This document shows, in pieces, positions 27,194-36,765 of a DNA stretch of 64,000 nt; position 1 is the first letter of the stretch; each line of letters begins with the position of its first letter. Location: contig CAMYLV010000016.1 of assembly GCA_947259495.1 (NCBI GenBank), forward strand, positions 44,505-108,504. The letters run 5' to 3'. The stretch is from an uncultured Desulfobacterales bacterium. Lineage in GTDB: Bacteria; Desulfobacterota; Desulfobacteria; Desulfobacterales; JAHEIW01. The notes beneath the pieces were generated by a model. It saw only the letters and a list, made by a program, of their open reading frames with translations, ran no database searches and was not told where the DNA came from. A program made the translations under genes and the position numbers.

Positions 27194-27303
27194 CAAACGC
27201 CTCCTTTTATATGATCATTAATTTTCATGCAAAATGCAGGTTATGAATATCAAAGAAGAGCACAGCTTTCAAGAGACCGCTTATCTATTGACCTGAACGG
27301 TGG

Positions 27304-28728
27304 TCAGATGGGATGCGGTGCATCCCACCAACCAATAACAGTGCCGTATCGCTGCCACCGGAGCCCTTCCCGGCGTTCAATTTCTCTGATCCAATCTCCC
27401 AGAGCGGAAGCGTGATGGATCACAAGAGGCGTGCTGTGGGGGGGTAGGACATCGTTTTGCAGGCCATACAGGTAAATGGTTTTTTGAATTTCGGCTGCGG
27501 TCTCTTCGGTATCCCATGCGGTGGGATGGATAAATCCGTGGTTGGCCCCTTCCCTGCTTGAATATCCGAATGCATCTCCAAATTCTTCTTTGAGCTGCCG
27601 CATCAGTCGTATGGCCTGCAGATTTTTTGCAACACTCAATCCCTTGTTCAGATTTCGCAGGATGCGGTCATCAAATGACTCAAATCCGATTGAACTCAAT
27701 AACACAAAAAGGCCACGCCGGGCGGCAACCGCCAACACCGCTCTTAAATGCTGAATCCCGGAAATGAGCCCATCTGCCCTTAAGGTCAGATTGATCTGTG
27801 ATATTCCGATGTGCCGCGAATGGACCGCACTCAGTAAGTCGGAAAGAACCGGCAGCGGATATTCATTAATGAGTTCAAAGGGTATCTTTCTACCATCCGG
27901 TGCCTCAGGCAGACAGCGGATTTGCTGGATCACCGTTTCTGTGTCCAGCGTGCCTTGAAAGCCTTTGTCTACGGCCACGTCGCAAAAGCTGCAGCCACGC
28001 ATGCGAAGCCTGGTTGCTTTGTCCTGGCCTCTGCTGACGGAAGCCGGATAATCGATGCGGGGTTCGGTGGTGCGGGCTGCATGGGGGCAGCCGATGTGTT
28101 GTAAAATCTGTCCCGTCCTGACATTTAAGGGTGCCAGTCCATCTTTTGCGAGTATGTAGATATTCTCCCAGCGCACCCTCCCCAGGTAATTGGGATCCCA
28201 AACTTTCGGGGCATTTTGTCTGACGATGCCATCCGCGTCCACAACCAAAAGCCCGGGGATGGACAATACGTCATTCGTATCCAGACGATTTAGCAACGGG
28301 AGCACCTGCTCTGCCGGCCCCTGCAAACCGTAGCTGAAGGATTCCCACAAACCCTTAAACCGATGGGGATGATCCCGCCAGTCCCTTTCTCCTGAAAAAT
28401 CAACGTTTGCCTGCGGACCCGCCAGAATGGTGACGGCCCCCTCGGCCTTCAGCTCAGCGGCCAGGGAGAAAAGATCTTCGCGGCCACTCAAAGCGGAAAA
28501 GCCGATGATGGGTCTGTGGACGCCAAAATAATCTGCCAGTACCTTTTTCAGCGCAATCCGGTCATCTTCCCGACTGACGGCGATCACGATGCACTCACAG
28601 GCGCTGTGGTCTTCGATGATGGTGGCCGCCATCTGGGGACCCAGAAGACCGTAAGTCTCACCTTTGAAAAAGCTGGTAATGACGGCCATTTTTTTTGCGG
28701 GACGGTATGTTGTGCGGAGGGCTGTCAT
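27304..28728 (-). CDS. B12-binding-domain-like / radical-SAM-like protein with non-canonical Cys spacing
   Basis: N-terminal Rossmann-like segment. HIGCPH...(31 aa)...GCSFCDV replaces a compact CxxxCxxC. A TIM-barrel-like region follows. Confidence 0.5.
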   Translation of the reverse strand: MTALRTTYRPAKKMAVITSFFKGETYGLLGPQMAATIIEDHSACECIVIAVSREDDRIALKKVLADYFGVHRPIIGFSALSGREDLFSLAAELKAEGAVTILAGPQANVDFSGERDWRDHPHRFKGLWESFSYGLQGPAEQVLPLLNRLDTNDVLSIPGLLVVDADGIVRQNAPKVWDPNYLGRVRWENIYILAKDGLAPLNVRTGQILQHIGCPHAARTTEPRIDYPASVSRGQDKATRLRMRGCSFCDVAVDKGFQGTLDTETVIQQIRCLPEAPDGRKIPFELINEYPLPVLSDLLSAVHSRHIGISQINLTLRADGLISGIQHLRAVLAVAARRGLFVLLSSIGFESFDDRILRNLNKGLSVAKNLQAIRLMRQLKEEFGDAFGYSSREGANHGFIHPTAWDTEETAAEIQKTIYLYGLQNDVLPPHSTPLVIHHASALGDWIREIERREGLRWQRYGTVIGWWDAPHPI

Positions 28729-28740
28729 TTATTCATCTAT

Positions 28741-28778
28741 AGAAAAAATAGAGGTCCCCAGATGAACCGGGGACCCCC
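28741..28778 (-). terminator. Rho-independent terminator candidate after the AOR ferredoxin subunit
   Basis: On the minus strand: GGTCCCC-N9-GGGGACC followed by TCTATTTTTTCT. Confidence 0.6.
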
Positions 28779-28899
28779 ATCATTAATCCAAGATAAAATC
28801 ATAGTGGGATTTATTCGGAATTTGATGCTTGAAAATTGGGATTTAAACGAATTTATTTAAATCTATAAGTTTTTAAACCAATCCGTAAAATGGTGTCAG

Positions 28900-29397
28900 T
28901 TAAAATTGATTCTCCAACGCAGCGGCATCCTTGCTCGCGGAAGATACCCGTTCCGCTGCCTTGCGCCGCTTGGAGATGCTCACTTTATCGGCTTCAACAA
29001 AGTCCACGGCTTTTTCCTCACAGAATCGGACACACTGCGGATCGCCGTCACAGAGGTCGCACTTGAAGACCTTTCTGTCGGTAGGATTAAATATCATGGC
29101 ACCGAAAGGACATGCGCTCACACAGGAACGGCATCCAATGCAGACATCATAATCCACCACGACCCTTTCCAATTCCGCATTGCGTGAGATCGCCTTAACC
29201 GGGCAAACATTCAAACAGGGTGCATCCTGACACTGCTGGCAGGACATCGGGATATACAGACCTTCGGCCTCCCATTTAACCACCCGGATCCGGCTTCTGG
29301 CAGGATTCGATATTCCATCATGCGAAACAGCGCACACAAGCTCACACAGCTGACAGCCCGTGCACTTCTGGTGATCTATATATAGCACTTTAGCCAT
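28900..29397 (-). CDS. Poly-[4Fe-4S] ferredoxin-like AOR electron-transfer subunit
   Basis: Four Cys clusters (CTGCQLCELVC, CQQCQDAPC, CIGCRSCVSACP, CDLCDGDPQC). It is adjacent to the AOR gene. TAGGAGG RBS. Confidence 0.85.
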   Translation of the reverse strand: MAKVLYIDHQKCTGCQLCELVCAVSHDGISNPARSRIRVVKWEAEGLYIPMSCQQCQDAPCLNVCPVKAISRNAELERVVVDYDVCIGCRSCVSACPFGAMIFNPTDRKVFKCDLCDGDPQCVRFCEEKAVDFVEADKVSISKRRKAAERVSSASKDAAALENQF

Positions 29398-29455
29398 TTA
29401 TATCCTCCTATCTAATTGAGCGAAAACCGCTCAATTAGGTTTAACTCAATTGGGA

Positions 29456-31396
29456 TTACAGCATATGGGACGGCTCATTTTCCAGGCCGAGGTTTTTCAA
29501 GGTCTCTTTTTTAGGAACACCCTCTCGATCGAGTCCCTGGTGCTTGTATAATTCATCGACCATCTTGACGAATTTTTTCTTGTCGATCGTCAGACCGATC
29601 ACATCGATGGCGCCGCGTTTGCAGGGCTCATCGAAATAACGGTGGTTCAACATATCGCCTTTCTCAAGATCGTTGCGGGTTAACCCTTCCCTTAAGTTGA
29701 AGAGTCTTTCGATCATGTTGCATCGTCGGGCGGCCTCCCAGATCTCTTCGGGTGTCATTTCGAGTCCGGTATTATAATAAAGCACTTTTGACCAATCCTC
29801 GAAATTGGGCAGTGTCGGTCCCAGGAAGGTTGTATGATATTTGCAGATTCCGAGACAGTCGACGCCCATGAAACAGTTTTCCTGCCAGAAAACCTGCCAG
29901 GGTTTGCCGACATATTCGGTATGCTCGGAGCTCAGCGGCCCGTCATAGGGTACGGGGCTGCCGTAAATCTTCCTTAAAACCTTTTCCGGCAGATGGTATA
30001 AATCGATGGCCGGCCTGCTCCTCAAATGGTCCGAACCCCTTGACGCGGTGGCAACATTGAGCGCCAGTGCCGGTGTGGGCCGTTCATCCGAATGCAAATT
30101 GCTCATGCCTTTGACCTGAACAAGATAATCAAAAGATTTCTTCCCGATCTTTTTCGAGGCTGGAATTCCGCCGTCGGCAAGTGCATCTGCCAGCCAGCCT
30201 TTGCGGTAGCAGATCCGTTCAACCATTTCCAGGACCACCTTGTCATTACCCCAGCTCAGATCGAGCCCATCGGTTTCTTTGTCGGTAATGATACCCAGCT
30301 CGTAGAGCTCCATAGCCCAGGAAATAAGGCTGCCGGTTTCAAGATTATCCATCCCGAACTGATTGACCAGATAATTGCCGGTCAGAACCGTCTCAGCCCG
30401 GGGTGTGTCGGTCTCGGCCCCAAATGCCCCCAGAGAGGTGTATTCGGGACCTTCATCGTATTTTCCGGCCAGGGGGCCTCCCGGAATTTTATACTGGGCG
30501 CGGCAATGGACCTGGCAGCCGAAGCAACCCGTCATATGATGGGGTCCCATTGACTCTTCAGCAATTTCATCAATACGCTCGGGTTCGATGTCATCGGCAT
30601 ATTCACACTGATTGTATTGAAAATTTCGGGTCCGGACACCGCCCCAGCAATTCGTCGCACCCCAGATGAAAGGGGTCCCTAACACACCCTGGGTTTGGTT
30701 CACCTTGGCGCTCACGATTTGATCGATGAAGCGTTTATTGTATTCCAGAGCTTCAACCGGATGGGCAATCTGGATGTCCATGGTCCCGCGGGCAGCAACA
30801 GCCTTCAGATTCTTGGAACCCATGACACATCCCATACCCGTGCGACCGCCGGAATTTTTGATTCCCGTCATCACGTTGGCAAACCGAACCAGATTTTCTC
30901 CGGCCGGCCCGATAACGCAACTTTTGACTTCCTCGTCTCCCAGATCTTCCCGGATGGCCCACTGGGTGTCGGTTACGGATTTACCCCAGATATCGCGCGC
31001 GTCGCGAATTCCGATTTCGCCGTTGTTAATCGAGATATAAACGGGATGTTCGGCCTTGCCTTTGATGACCAGATGGTGAAAGCCTGCCCAGGCCAGCTCG
31101 GGTGCAAAAAACCCGCCCATGTTCGTGCTGCCCAGCAATCCGGTCAGCGGCGATTTGGCCATAATATGCGTTCTGGCAGTTGCGGAAGCGCAGGTGGCGG
31201 TCAGAATACCGCCGCTGATCAACAGGGTGTTTGCAGGCCCCAGCGGATTACATCCCTTTTTTGTATGGTTATACAGCAGATAAGCATCCAGTCCGCGGCC
31301 GCCCAAAAATTTCTTGCGGATATCGAGCGGAATCGGTTTGGTTTCGACATCACCGGTGGTGAGATCGATGTATGCGATCTTTCGGTTTAACGCCAT
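29456..31396 (-). CDS. aor: Tungsten-type aldehyde:ferredoxin oxidoreductase
   Basis: 646 aa with AOR N-terminal and pterin-binding domain patterns (GGRGL...LISGG..., GLDxxS, CxxC region). Confidence 0.9.
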   Translation of the reverse strand: MALNRKIAYIDLTTGDVETKPIPLDIRKKFLGGRGLDAYLLYNHTKKGCNPLGPANTLLISGGILTATCASATARTHIMAKSPLTGLLGSTNMGGFFAPELAWAGFHHLVIKGKAEHPVYISINNGEIGIRDARDIWGKSVTDTQWAIREDLGDEEVKSCVIGPAGENLVRFANVMTGIKNSGGRTGMGCVMGSKNLKAVAARGTMDIQIAHPVEALEYNKRFIDQIVSAKVNQTQGVLGTPFIWGATNCWGGVRTRNFQYNQCEYADDIEPERIDEIAEESMGPHHMTGCFGCQVHCRAQYKIPGGPLAGKYDEGPEYTSLGAFGAETDTPRAETVLTGNYLVNQFGMDNLETGSLISWAMELYELGIITDKETDGLDLSWGNDKVVLEMVERICYRKGWLADALADGGIPASKKIGKKSFDYLVQVKGMSNLHSDERPTPALALNVATASRGSDHLRSRPAIDLYHLPEKVLRKIYGSPVPYDGPLSSEHTEYVGKPWQVFWQENCFMGVDCLGICKYHTTFLGPTLPNFEDWSKVLYYNTGLEMTPEEIWEAARRCNMIERLFNLREGLTRNDLEKGDMLNHRYFDEPCKRGAIDVIGLTIDKKKFVKMVDELYKHQGLDREGVPKKETLKNLGLENEPSHML

Positions 31397-31397
31397 C

Positions 31398-31658
31398 TTA
31401 GGATACCCCCTTTTCCTTTAATTTTTCTTCCGCCAATTTCTTGTTGACCGCCCAGACCGGACCCCGAATACGGGGAAAATTGGGATTGACCCAATGGATC
31501 CGGTATTCCATTCCGCAGGTCGGGCATTTGGCGGTCTTGCTGCCCTTTTCCGGCTGAATTCTTTCCATGCAGCTCGGATTATGGCATCTGAACTTACCGT
31601 AGGTCCGGGTCTTGCGAAGACTTTCGGCCGTTGAAAGGCCTTGCTTATCGGTCGCCAT
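31398..31658 (-). CDS. Zinc-ribbon small protein coupled to aor
   Basis: AGGAGA RBS. CHNPSC...CPTC. Its stop lies 1 nt before the aor ATG. Confidence 0.55.
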   Translation of the reverse strand: MATDKQGLSTAESLRKTRTYGKFRCHNPSCMERIQPEKGSKTAKCPTCGMEYRIHWVNPNFPRIRGPVWAVNKKLAEEKLKEKGVS

Positions 31659-31796
31659 GCTTCTCTCCTTTGTTTTATTAGAACCCATCCAAAAATGCGT
31701 CCGGAAGCGCAGAGCTTTACTTTTATGATGGCTTCTGTGGAATTTTATCCGCTTAACGCAAACCTGACTTTGCGGAGGGTTGCATACAGTCAAATA

Positions 31797-31814
31797 TGTT
31801 CATCATCATGAACA
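31797..31814. promoter_or_regulatory. Dyad operator candidate Op1 (TGTTCAT-N4-ATGAACA)
   Basis: Perfect 7-bp inverted repeat in the iclR/aor divergent spacer. Confidence 0.55.
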
Positions 31815-31974
31815 AATCGTCTTTCTAAGCTTGATACCACAAAGCGTTTTTTTGATCAAGCGAAAATATCGCTCTCATCTTATTATTTCGACCTGTATTT
31901 GGTACTCAAAGTATCAATTACAGATTAAATCCTGACTATAATGAGATCCTTAATTTGGACTTTACGAAATTGTC

Positions 31975-31990
31975 GTTCATTGAGATGAAC
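31975..31990. promoter_or_regulatory. Dyad operator candidate Op2 (GTTCAT-N4-ATGAAC)
   Basis: Same dyad, about 45 bp upstream of the iclR start. Confidence 0.55.
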
Positions 31991-32034
31991 ATAATTATGT
32001 TGACAAATACCGATATCCGATTGTATCCTCAGTT

Positions 32035-32838
32035 ATGAAAAAATATGGCGCACCCTCTGTAAAAAAGGCATTTGCCATCCTCGGTGCCATTTCCTCGTCC
32101 AGAGTTGGCCTGGGAGTGAGCGAACTGGCCAAAAACCTCAAGATGGCCAAGAGCACGGTTCATGGGATGGCCTCGGCCCTGGAAGAACTGGGCGCCGTCA
32201 TGCGGGATCCGCTGACCAAAAAATATAAACTGGGTTTTACTCTGCTCGAAATTGGCCGTTCGGCCTACACCCAGATTGATCTCAAAACGTCGGCACGACC
32301 GGTCATGGAAGACCTGATGGAAAAAACCCAGACATCGGTTTTTCTGGGTATCCTGAACTGGGACCATGTGACCATACTGGATATTGTCGAATCCAGACAG
32401 GATCTCAAAATCACAGCCCCCGTCGGCACCACCATACCCATGCTGGCCGGAGCCGTGGGCAAGGTCTTTCTGGCATCCATGGATGACGAGCAGGCCCGCA
32501 AAATCGTTAAATCCAAGGGATTGCCCCGCTTTACGGCCAATTCGATCGTCGATACGGCATCGTATTTTCAGGAGCTAAAGCAAGTCAGTGAACAAGGCTT
32601 CGCCGTTGATGATGAGGAATATATTCTCGGTGTCCGGGCGGTGGCATCACCGCTGATCGGTCTGGGACAATTGAGGTCGGCCATCTGGATCGTCGGGTTC
32701 AAGGCCAGTCTTGATGAAAAAAAGATGAAAACACTTACCGGCGAAACCCACAAGGCCGCCGCGACCATTAGCCGGCGGATTCAACAACAGCTCATTGCTC
32801 CCCAAAACGGCCAATTTAGTGAAAGACAAGTGATTTGA
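32035..32838 (+). CDS. IclR-family transcriptional regulator
   Basis: N-terminal wHTH (KAFAILGAISSSRVGLGVSELAKNLKMAKSTVHGM) and a C-terminal IclR effector domain. Confidence 0.85.
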   Translation: MKKYGAPSVKKAFAILGAISSSRVGLGVSELAKNLKMAKSTVHGMASALEELGAVMRDPLTKKYKLGFTLLEIGRSAYTQIDLKTSARPVMEDLMEKTQTSVFLGILNWDHVTILDIVESRQDLKITAPVGTTIPMLAGAVGKVFLASMDDEQARKIVKSKGLPRFTANSIVDTASYFQELKQVSEQGFAVDDEEYILGVRAVASPLIGLGQLRSAIWIVGFKASLDEKKMKTLTGETHKAAATISRRIQQQLIAPQNGQFSERQVI

Positions 32839-34240
32839 CCGTAACCGGAAATACCTGACCGGCCACCAGGGGCTCACCGATATCGACCCAATCACCTTCT
32901 TTGAGCGTTAGCTCATCAAGAGTCAGTAAATTGGTTTTTAAATCCGTTTCACGGCGAATAACGTTTCCGACACCGCACGCAATGTCGGTTCCAAAAATTA
33001 AAATAATCGGGAGGCCGTTCTTTATTGAATCGGCATGGGCCGCTTCAATTGATCTGGCAAACAATTCCAGCCGGGGATAGGACGCCTGAACCGGATTCTT
33101 AAAATATAGCGCCACAACGTCCTCGCCTTCGACCCGGTCAAATCGCCGGAAGGCGGCATTTATCTGCGATACAATATGTTCAAAACTTAAATTTGATGGG
33201 TCTACATCCACCCGAAGGACCGGCACGTTTCTGATCGGAAACACAATCTGATCGTCCATAAAACAAGAGCTGCCCGATATGGATAATGAATAGGCACCGG
33301 CACCAATGACGGTGGCTCTGATTTTATTGGCAGGTTCAACAACCGCGGCAGTCAATCCGGGTGTCAAGGCATTAATTTGTTCGGCCAGAATTTTCCCGAT
33401 ATCGTCATAATGGTTTAACCCGCCGTACATCAGTTCAGCAACCCCACCGGAAAATGAATATTCGTCAATGCGGCCGGGAAGTTGCAGATCATCGGTCTGT
33501 ATAAGCTGCCGGGCTAAGCGGGATTTGGCGGGCCCCGTGATCACCTCGAACAAAATCTTGCCAAACGTTGCGGCGATGCTTTTGATCTCTGCTTTTGAAA
33601 TGCGATCCCCGATTGTATAGTTCAGCCCTAAATGCTGCATCACGGCCTGGGCCGGTTGGTCGATGCGCCAGATTTTTCCTTTGGAGCTGACGCCCAGCAC
33701 TCGCCCACCGACAGAGATGCAACTGGTCGACAGGGTCTGCCCATTTTTGATGACGGCGATGTTTGATGTTCCGCCGCCGATATCGCAGGATAAGATGGTC
33801 TTATTTCGATCTTTAGATCGCGCTACCGCGCCGGAACCCATTGCGGCGATTAAGCTTTCGAAATTGGGTCCTGCTGTGGCCGCTACAAATTTTCCGGCAT
33901 CATTGGATAACGCTTCGGCAATTTGCCGGGCGTTTTTCTTGCGAGCAGACTCGCCGGTGACAATGACCGCGCCGGTTTGGATATCTTTCGGATGAATTCC
34001 CGCACGTTCATATTCTGCTTTAAAAAATTCAGTTAATTTACCGATATCAATTGTTTTATCGTCTGATAAAGGCGTATGAATGATATTGCCTTCATAGACG
34101 ATGTGTCTTTGCTGAATTTTAAAGCGACGGGTAACCGAACGCTCATCTTTTTTCAGCAAGAGTTTGGAAAAGACCAGATGACTGGTTGAACTCCCGACAT
34201 CCACCCCAACTGAAAGTATGTCAAATTCGTTTGTTTCCAT
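32816..34240 (-). CDS. EutA-like ASKHA-fold ATPase (reactivase/activase-like)
   Basis: LSVGVDVGSSTSHLVFS...VIVTGESA...DIGGGTSNIAV matches the EutA family pattern. Its 3' end overlaps the iclR 3' end convergently. Confidence 0.7.
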   Translation of the reverse strand: METNEFDILSVGVDVGSSTSHLVFSKLLLKKDERSVTRRFKIQQRHIVYEGNIIHTPLSDDKTIDIGKLTEFFKAEYERAGIHPKDIQTGAVIVTGESARKKNARQIAEALSNDAGKFVAATAGPNFESLIAAMGSGAVARSKDRNKTILSCDIGGGTSNIAVIKNGQTLSTSCISVGGRVLGVSSKGKIWRIDQPAQAVMQHLGLNYTIGDRISKAEIKSIAATFGKILFEVITGPAKSRLARQLIQTDDLQLPGRIDEYSFSGGVAELMYGGLNHYDDIGKILAEQINALTPGLTAAVVEPANKIRATVIGAGAYSLSISGSSCFMDDQIVFPIRNVPVLRVDVDPSNLSFEHIVSQINAAFRRFDRVEGEDVVALYFKNPVQASYPRLELFARSIEAAHADSIKNGLPIILIFGTDIACGVGNVIRRETDLKTNLLTLDELTLKEGDWVDIGEPLVAGQVFPVTVKSLVFH

Positions 34241-34247
34241 AATCAAA

Positions 34248-34404
34248 GGTTCAGAGGTTCTGCGTTCTGCGTTCAGGCTTCAGGGTTTCGCGTTCAGAGG
34301 TTCAGGGTATCGGGCCTTGACTAGACGGAGCTCGTCGCAGACTGTCGGTTGGCGATGGCGACTATCTACCGTTATCTAACCTTTGAACGTTGAACCTTTG
34401 AACC
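34248..34404. repeat. Word-repeat imperfect palindrome (GGTTCAGAGG words)
   Basis: GGTTCAGAGGTTCTGCGTTC (34248-34267) matches the reverse complement of 34385-34404 at 17 of 20 positions. There are additional GTTCAG repeats. Confidence 0.5.
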
Positions 34405-34442
34405 CGTGACTCAAGCCAGAAACCTTTATTCGGGGCAACGGT

Positions 34443-35141
34443 TTAGCTATTTTTATTTGGGTGCGATTTTGAACCATCGCCCAGCCCGGCTCTTACCCGC
34501 TTTCGCACCCCGGACGCACCGCCCGGGCGCCAGTCTTTGGATGAGCGGATTTCTTCATAGCAGTGCAGTTTGTCCATCTTTTTGAGCCGCGCAACAATCT
34601 GGGTCCAGGCGCAAGGCGTGCCCTGGCCAACTTCACAGAACCCCCCTTTGGAACCGCCGCAGGGGCCGTTAAAAAGACTTTTCGCGCAGCGCGCAACCGG
34701 ACATATGCCGCCGGTATGAATCAGAATACAATTGCCGCAACCTTTGCATTTTTCGGTCCATGAACCCGGTTTATCCGATGCGCCCAGAAAGGTCGTATTT
34801 AAGGCCGGAATCACCGGCACCGGTTCAAGTTCATCTGCCAGGGTTTGAACACCGGCGCCGCAGGCCAGCGACAGAACTGCATCGGTCCCGGGGGGAATCT
34901 CCTGATAATCGTGCACCAGATCCCGCTCACACTGCCTGAGGATTGACCCGACCACAAATTTCGGCGGTGGACCCTGATAATGCCGTATCTGAGAGAGCTC
35001 GCGACTGAGCTGTTCAGCCTCCCTTTCGCCGCCCGAAAGACAGACCGTCACGCAACTGCCGCAGCCCAGAACAAGCACCTGTTTGTAGTCTTTGATGGCA
35101 GAAACTATTTCTTCCAGCGGTTTTAAATCTCCAACGATCAT
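34443..35141 (-). CDS. MetV-like protein (methylene-THF reductase C-terminal domain family), Cys-rich
   Basis: VLVLGCGSCVTVCLSGG..., CKGCGNC, ICPVARCAKSLFNGPCGG. No metF is nearby. Confidence 0.6.
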   Translation of the reverse strand: MIVGDLKPLEEIVSAIKDYKQVLVLGCGSCVTVCLSGGEREAEQLSRELSQIRHYQGPPPKFVVGSILRQCERDLVHDYQEIPPGTDAVLSLACGAGVQTLADELEPVPVIPALNTTFLGASDKPGSWTEKCKGCGNCILIHTGGICPVARCAKSLFNGPCGGSKGGFCEVGQGTPCAWTQIVARLKKMDKLHCYEEIRSSKDWRPGGASGVRKRVRAGLGDGSKSHPNKNS

Positions 35142-35153
35142 CTGTACCTCAAT

Positions 35154-35546
35154 TTAAGTTTTATTTTCTTCGCCCGGTTTTGAGGGCAGCATCTTGGCGG
35201 CCGCCGCATATTGCCGGTGCTTTGGACAGAGTGTTTCACTGGCTGAATTCAGTTTGCTTTCCATTTTTTGCTGAAAGGCCGGCGAATAAAGTACTTCGCC
35301 GCATAACCGGCAATGAATCAAATCAAGCGCAATGACGTCATCCCATTCGCCCACTAAAAGATGCTGGAACTCGATGGCACGCTGGGGGCAAACTCGCCAG
35401 CATTGACCGCAGCGCGCACATTTGGTCATATTGTGTTTGAGTGTCCGCCTGCCGCCCTGATCGTCAAACCCCAATGCTGAAGCCGGGCAATTTTCCACGC
35501 AGGCCAGACATCCGTTACAATTATCATTAACTCGAAAATAAGACAT
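35154..35546 (-). CDS. 2x[4Fe-4S] ferredoxin-domain protein with Cys-containing C-terminal extension
   Basis: CNGCLACVENCP and CARCGQCWRVCP. Confidence 0.75.
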   Translation of the reverse strand: MSYFRVNDNCNGCLACVENCPASALGFDDQGGRRTLKHNMTKCARCGQCWRVCPQRAIEFQHLLVGEWDDVIALDLIHCRLCGEVLYSPAFQQKMESKLNSASETLCPKHRQYAAAAKMLPSKPGEENKT

Positions 35547-35723
35547 TAGTTTTCACCGGTATCTATTTAAAATATTAAACTTTTTAATTTATAAATGAAT
35601 CAAGCATAGCGCATAGGGCATAGCGTCCGAATGAAAGAAGAAAAAAATGGTATATTTTAACGCCATGCGCTTTGTCCTTTGCCTTCATTTTTTAAAATTT
35701 GAAACGTTCAATTTAGGAAAAAC

Positions 35724-36011
35724 CTAGCCGCCGCCGACTAAAAGCATTATCTTAACCTTATCACCGTCTTTCAGCGGCCGCTGTGACAATTTATTTCGGG
35801 GTACAAAGCCTTCGTCATTGAGCATCACCTGGATTGTCATATCCAGCTCGCCGCTGTCGTCCAACAATACTTTACGCGCCTTGCTACCGGTTCGGTTTAC
35901 AATATGCGCAATGAGATCCGCCACCGAGCCGTCAGCCATTTCCAGTTCGGTCTTTCTGCCGATTAATTTGGACAGGGACGGCAACCCGAGAGATTCTACC
36001 TGGATTTTCAA
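35724..36011 (-). CDS. MoaD/ThiS-family ubiquitin-like sulfur-carrier protein
   Basis: 95 aa ending ...LLVGGG. AGGAGG-N5-TTG start. Confidence 0.7.
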   Translation of the reverse strand: MKIQVESLGLPSLSKLIGRKTELEMADGSVADLIAHIVNRTGSKARKVLLDDSGELDMTIQVMLNDEGFVPRNKLSQRPLKDGDKVKIMLLVGGG

Positions 36012-36040
36012 TGAAACCTCCTAAAAAATGCTTGATGACG

Positions 36041-36167
36041 GAGCGTCAAGCTTTGGCGTGACTTGAAGACCAGCCCACCGGGCTTTGAAGAGCGCCTCTT
36101 CGGGGCTTTAAGTCAGAGGCAAATTTTATTTTACCTTTAGCGAAGCGCTCTTCAAGTGAAACGCTCC
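36041..36167. repeat. Structured imperfect palindrome (CTTGAAGA words)
   Basis: GGAGCGT...TGACTTGAAGA is complementary to TCTTCAAGTGAAACGCTCC. Inner hairpins: GAAGAG-CGC-CTCTTC and GCCC-ACC-GGGC. Confidence 0.55.
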
Positions 36168-36216
36168 TATAGTACCAGCGCACTGCGCGGGGACGACCCG
36201 ATAATCCTGAGCGGGA

Positions 36217-36705
36217 TTATCGCTTATGATGTCGTGTCGCCCGGGCGTAAGATTTGGCAGCCTGGCGCATGCGACCGGTGCTGACGTTGCTGGTTGCCTG
36301 ATAGTCAACCGCTCTGGTATAGCAAAAGCGCACGCATTGCGGGTCGCCATCACACAGATTGCATTTGAAAACGCGGCCCCGCCCTGTATTCCATCGCATG
36401 GCACCAAAGGGACAGGCTGCAACACACATTTTGCAGCCGATGCAGAGGTCATGGTTGATGGTGACGCTTTCAAGCACCTCATCGCGGTAGATGGCATCTT
36501 GGGGACAGACTTCCAGACAGGGAGCATCTTCACACTGCTGACAGCTCATGGGTATATAAACGCCGATGTGTTCCCATTTAACCACCTGAATCCGGGCCAA
36601 AGAGGGGTTGCTCACCCCATAATGCCTGACCGAACAAACGAGCTCGCAGTTCCGGCAACCGGTGCACTTTTCCGGATCTATCGTCAGTAATTTCTTGGCC
36701 ATCAT
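36217..36705 (-). CDS. Paralog of the AOR poly-ferredoxin subunit
   Basis: Collinear with 28900..29397 (KCTGCRNCELVC, CQQCEDAPC, CIGCKMCVAACPFGAM, FKCNLCDGDPQCVRFC). No AOR catalytic gene follows. Confidence 0.8.
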   Translation of the reverse strand: MMAKKLLTIDPEKCTGCRNCELVCSVRHYGVSNPSLARIQVVKWEHIGVYIPMSCQQCEDAPCLEVCPQDAIYRDEVLESVTINHDLCIGCKMCVAACPFGAMRWNTGRGRVFKCNLCDGDPQCVRFCYTRAVDYQATSNVSTGRMRQAAKSYARATRHHKR

Positions 36706-36765
36706 CAACCCCTTGTGTCGAACAGGATTGTCACAGATAACGACAACCCAATCACTATTAAGATT

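Noticed and set aside
30092-31390. Several plus-strand ORFs (153-231 aa) inside the AOR gene, and similar antisense ORFs inside other long genes (2757-3476, 4793-5476, 26000-26503, 43720-44160)
   Set aside because: They lie fully within strongly supported genes on the opposite strand. They have Arg/Gly/Ala-rich compositions typical of antisense frames in GC-normal DNA.
35604-35693. Simple hairpin formed by GCATAGCGCATAGGGCATAGCG and CGCCATGCGCTTTGTCCTTTGC
   Set aside because: The complementary blocks are in the same order on both sides (A-B-A'-B'), not mirror order. It is not a plain stem-loop and complementarity is weak, so it was not reported as a feature.
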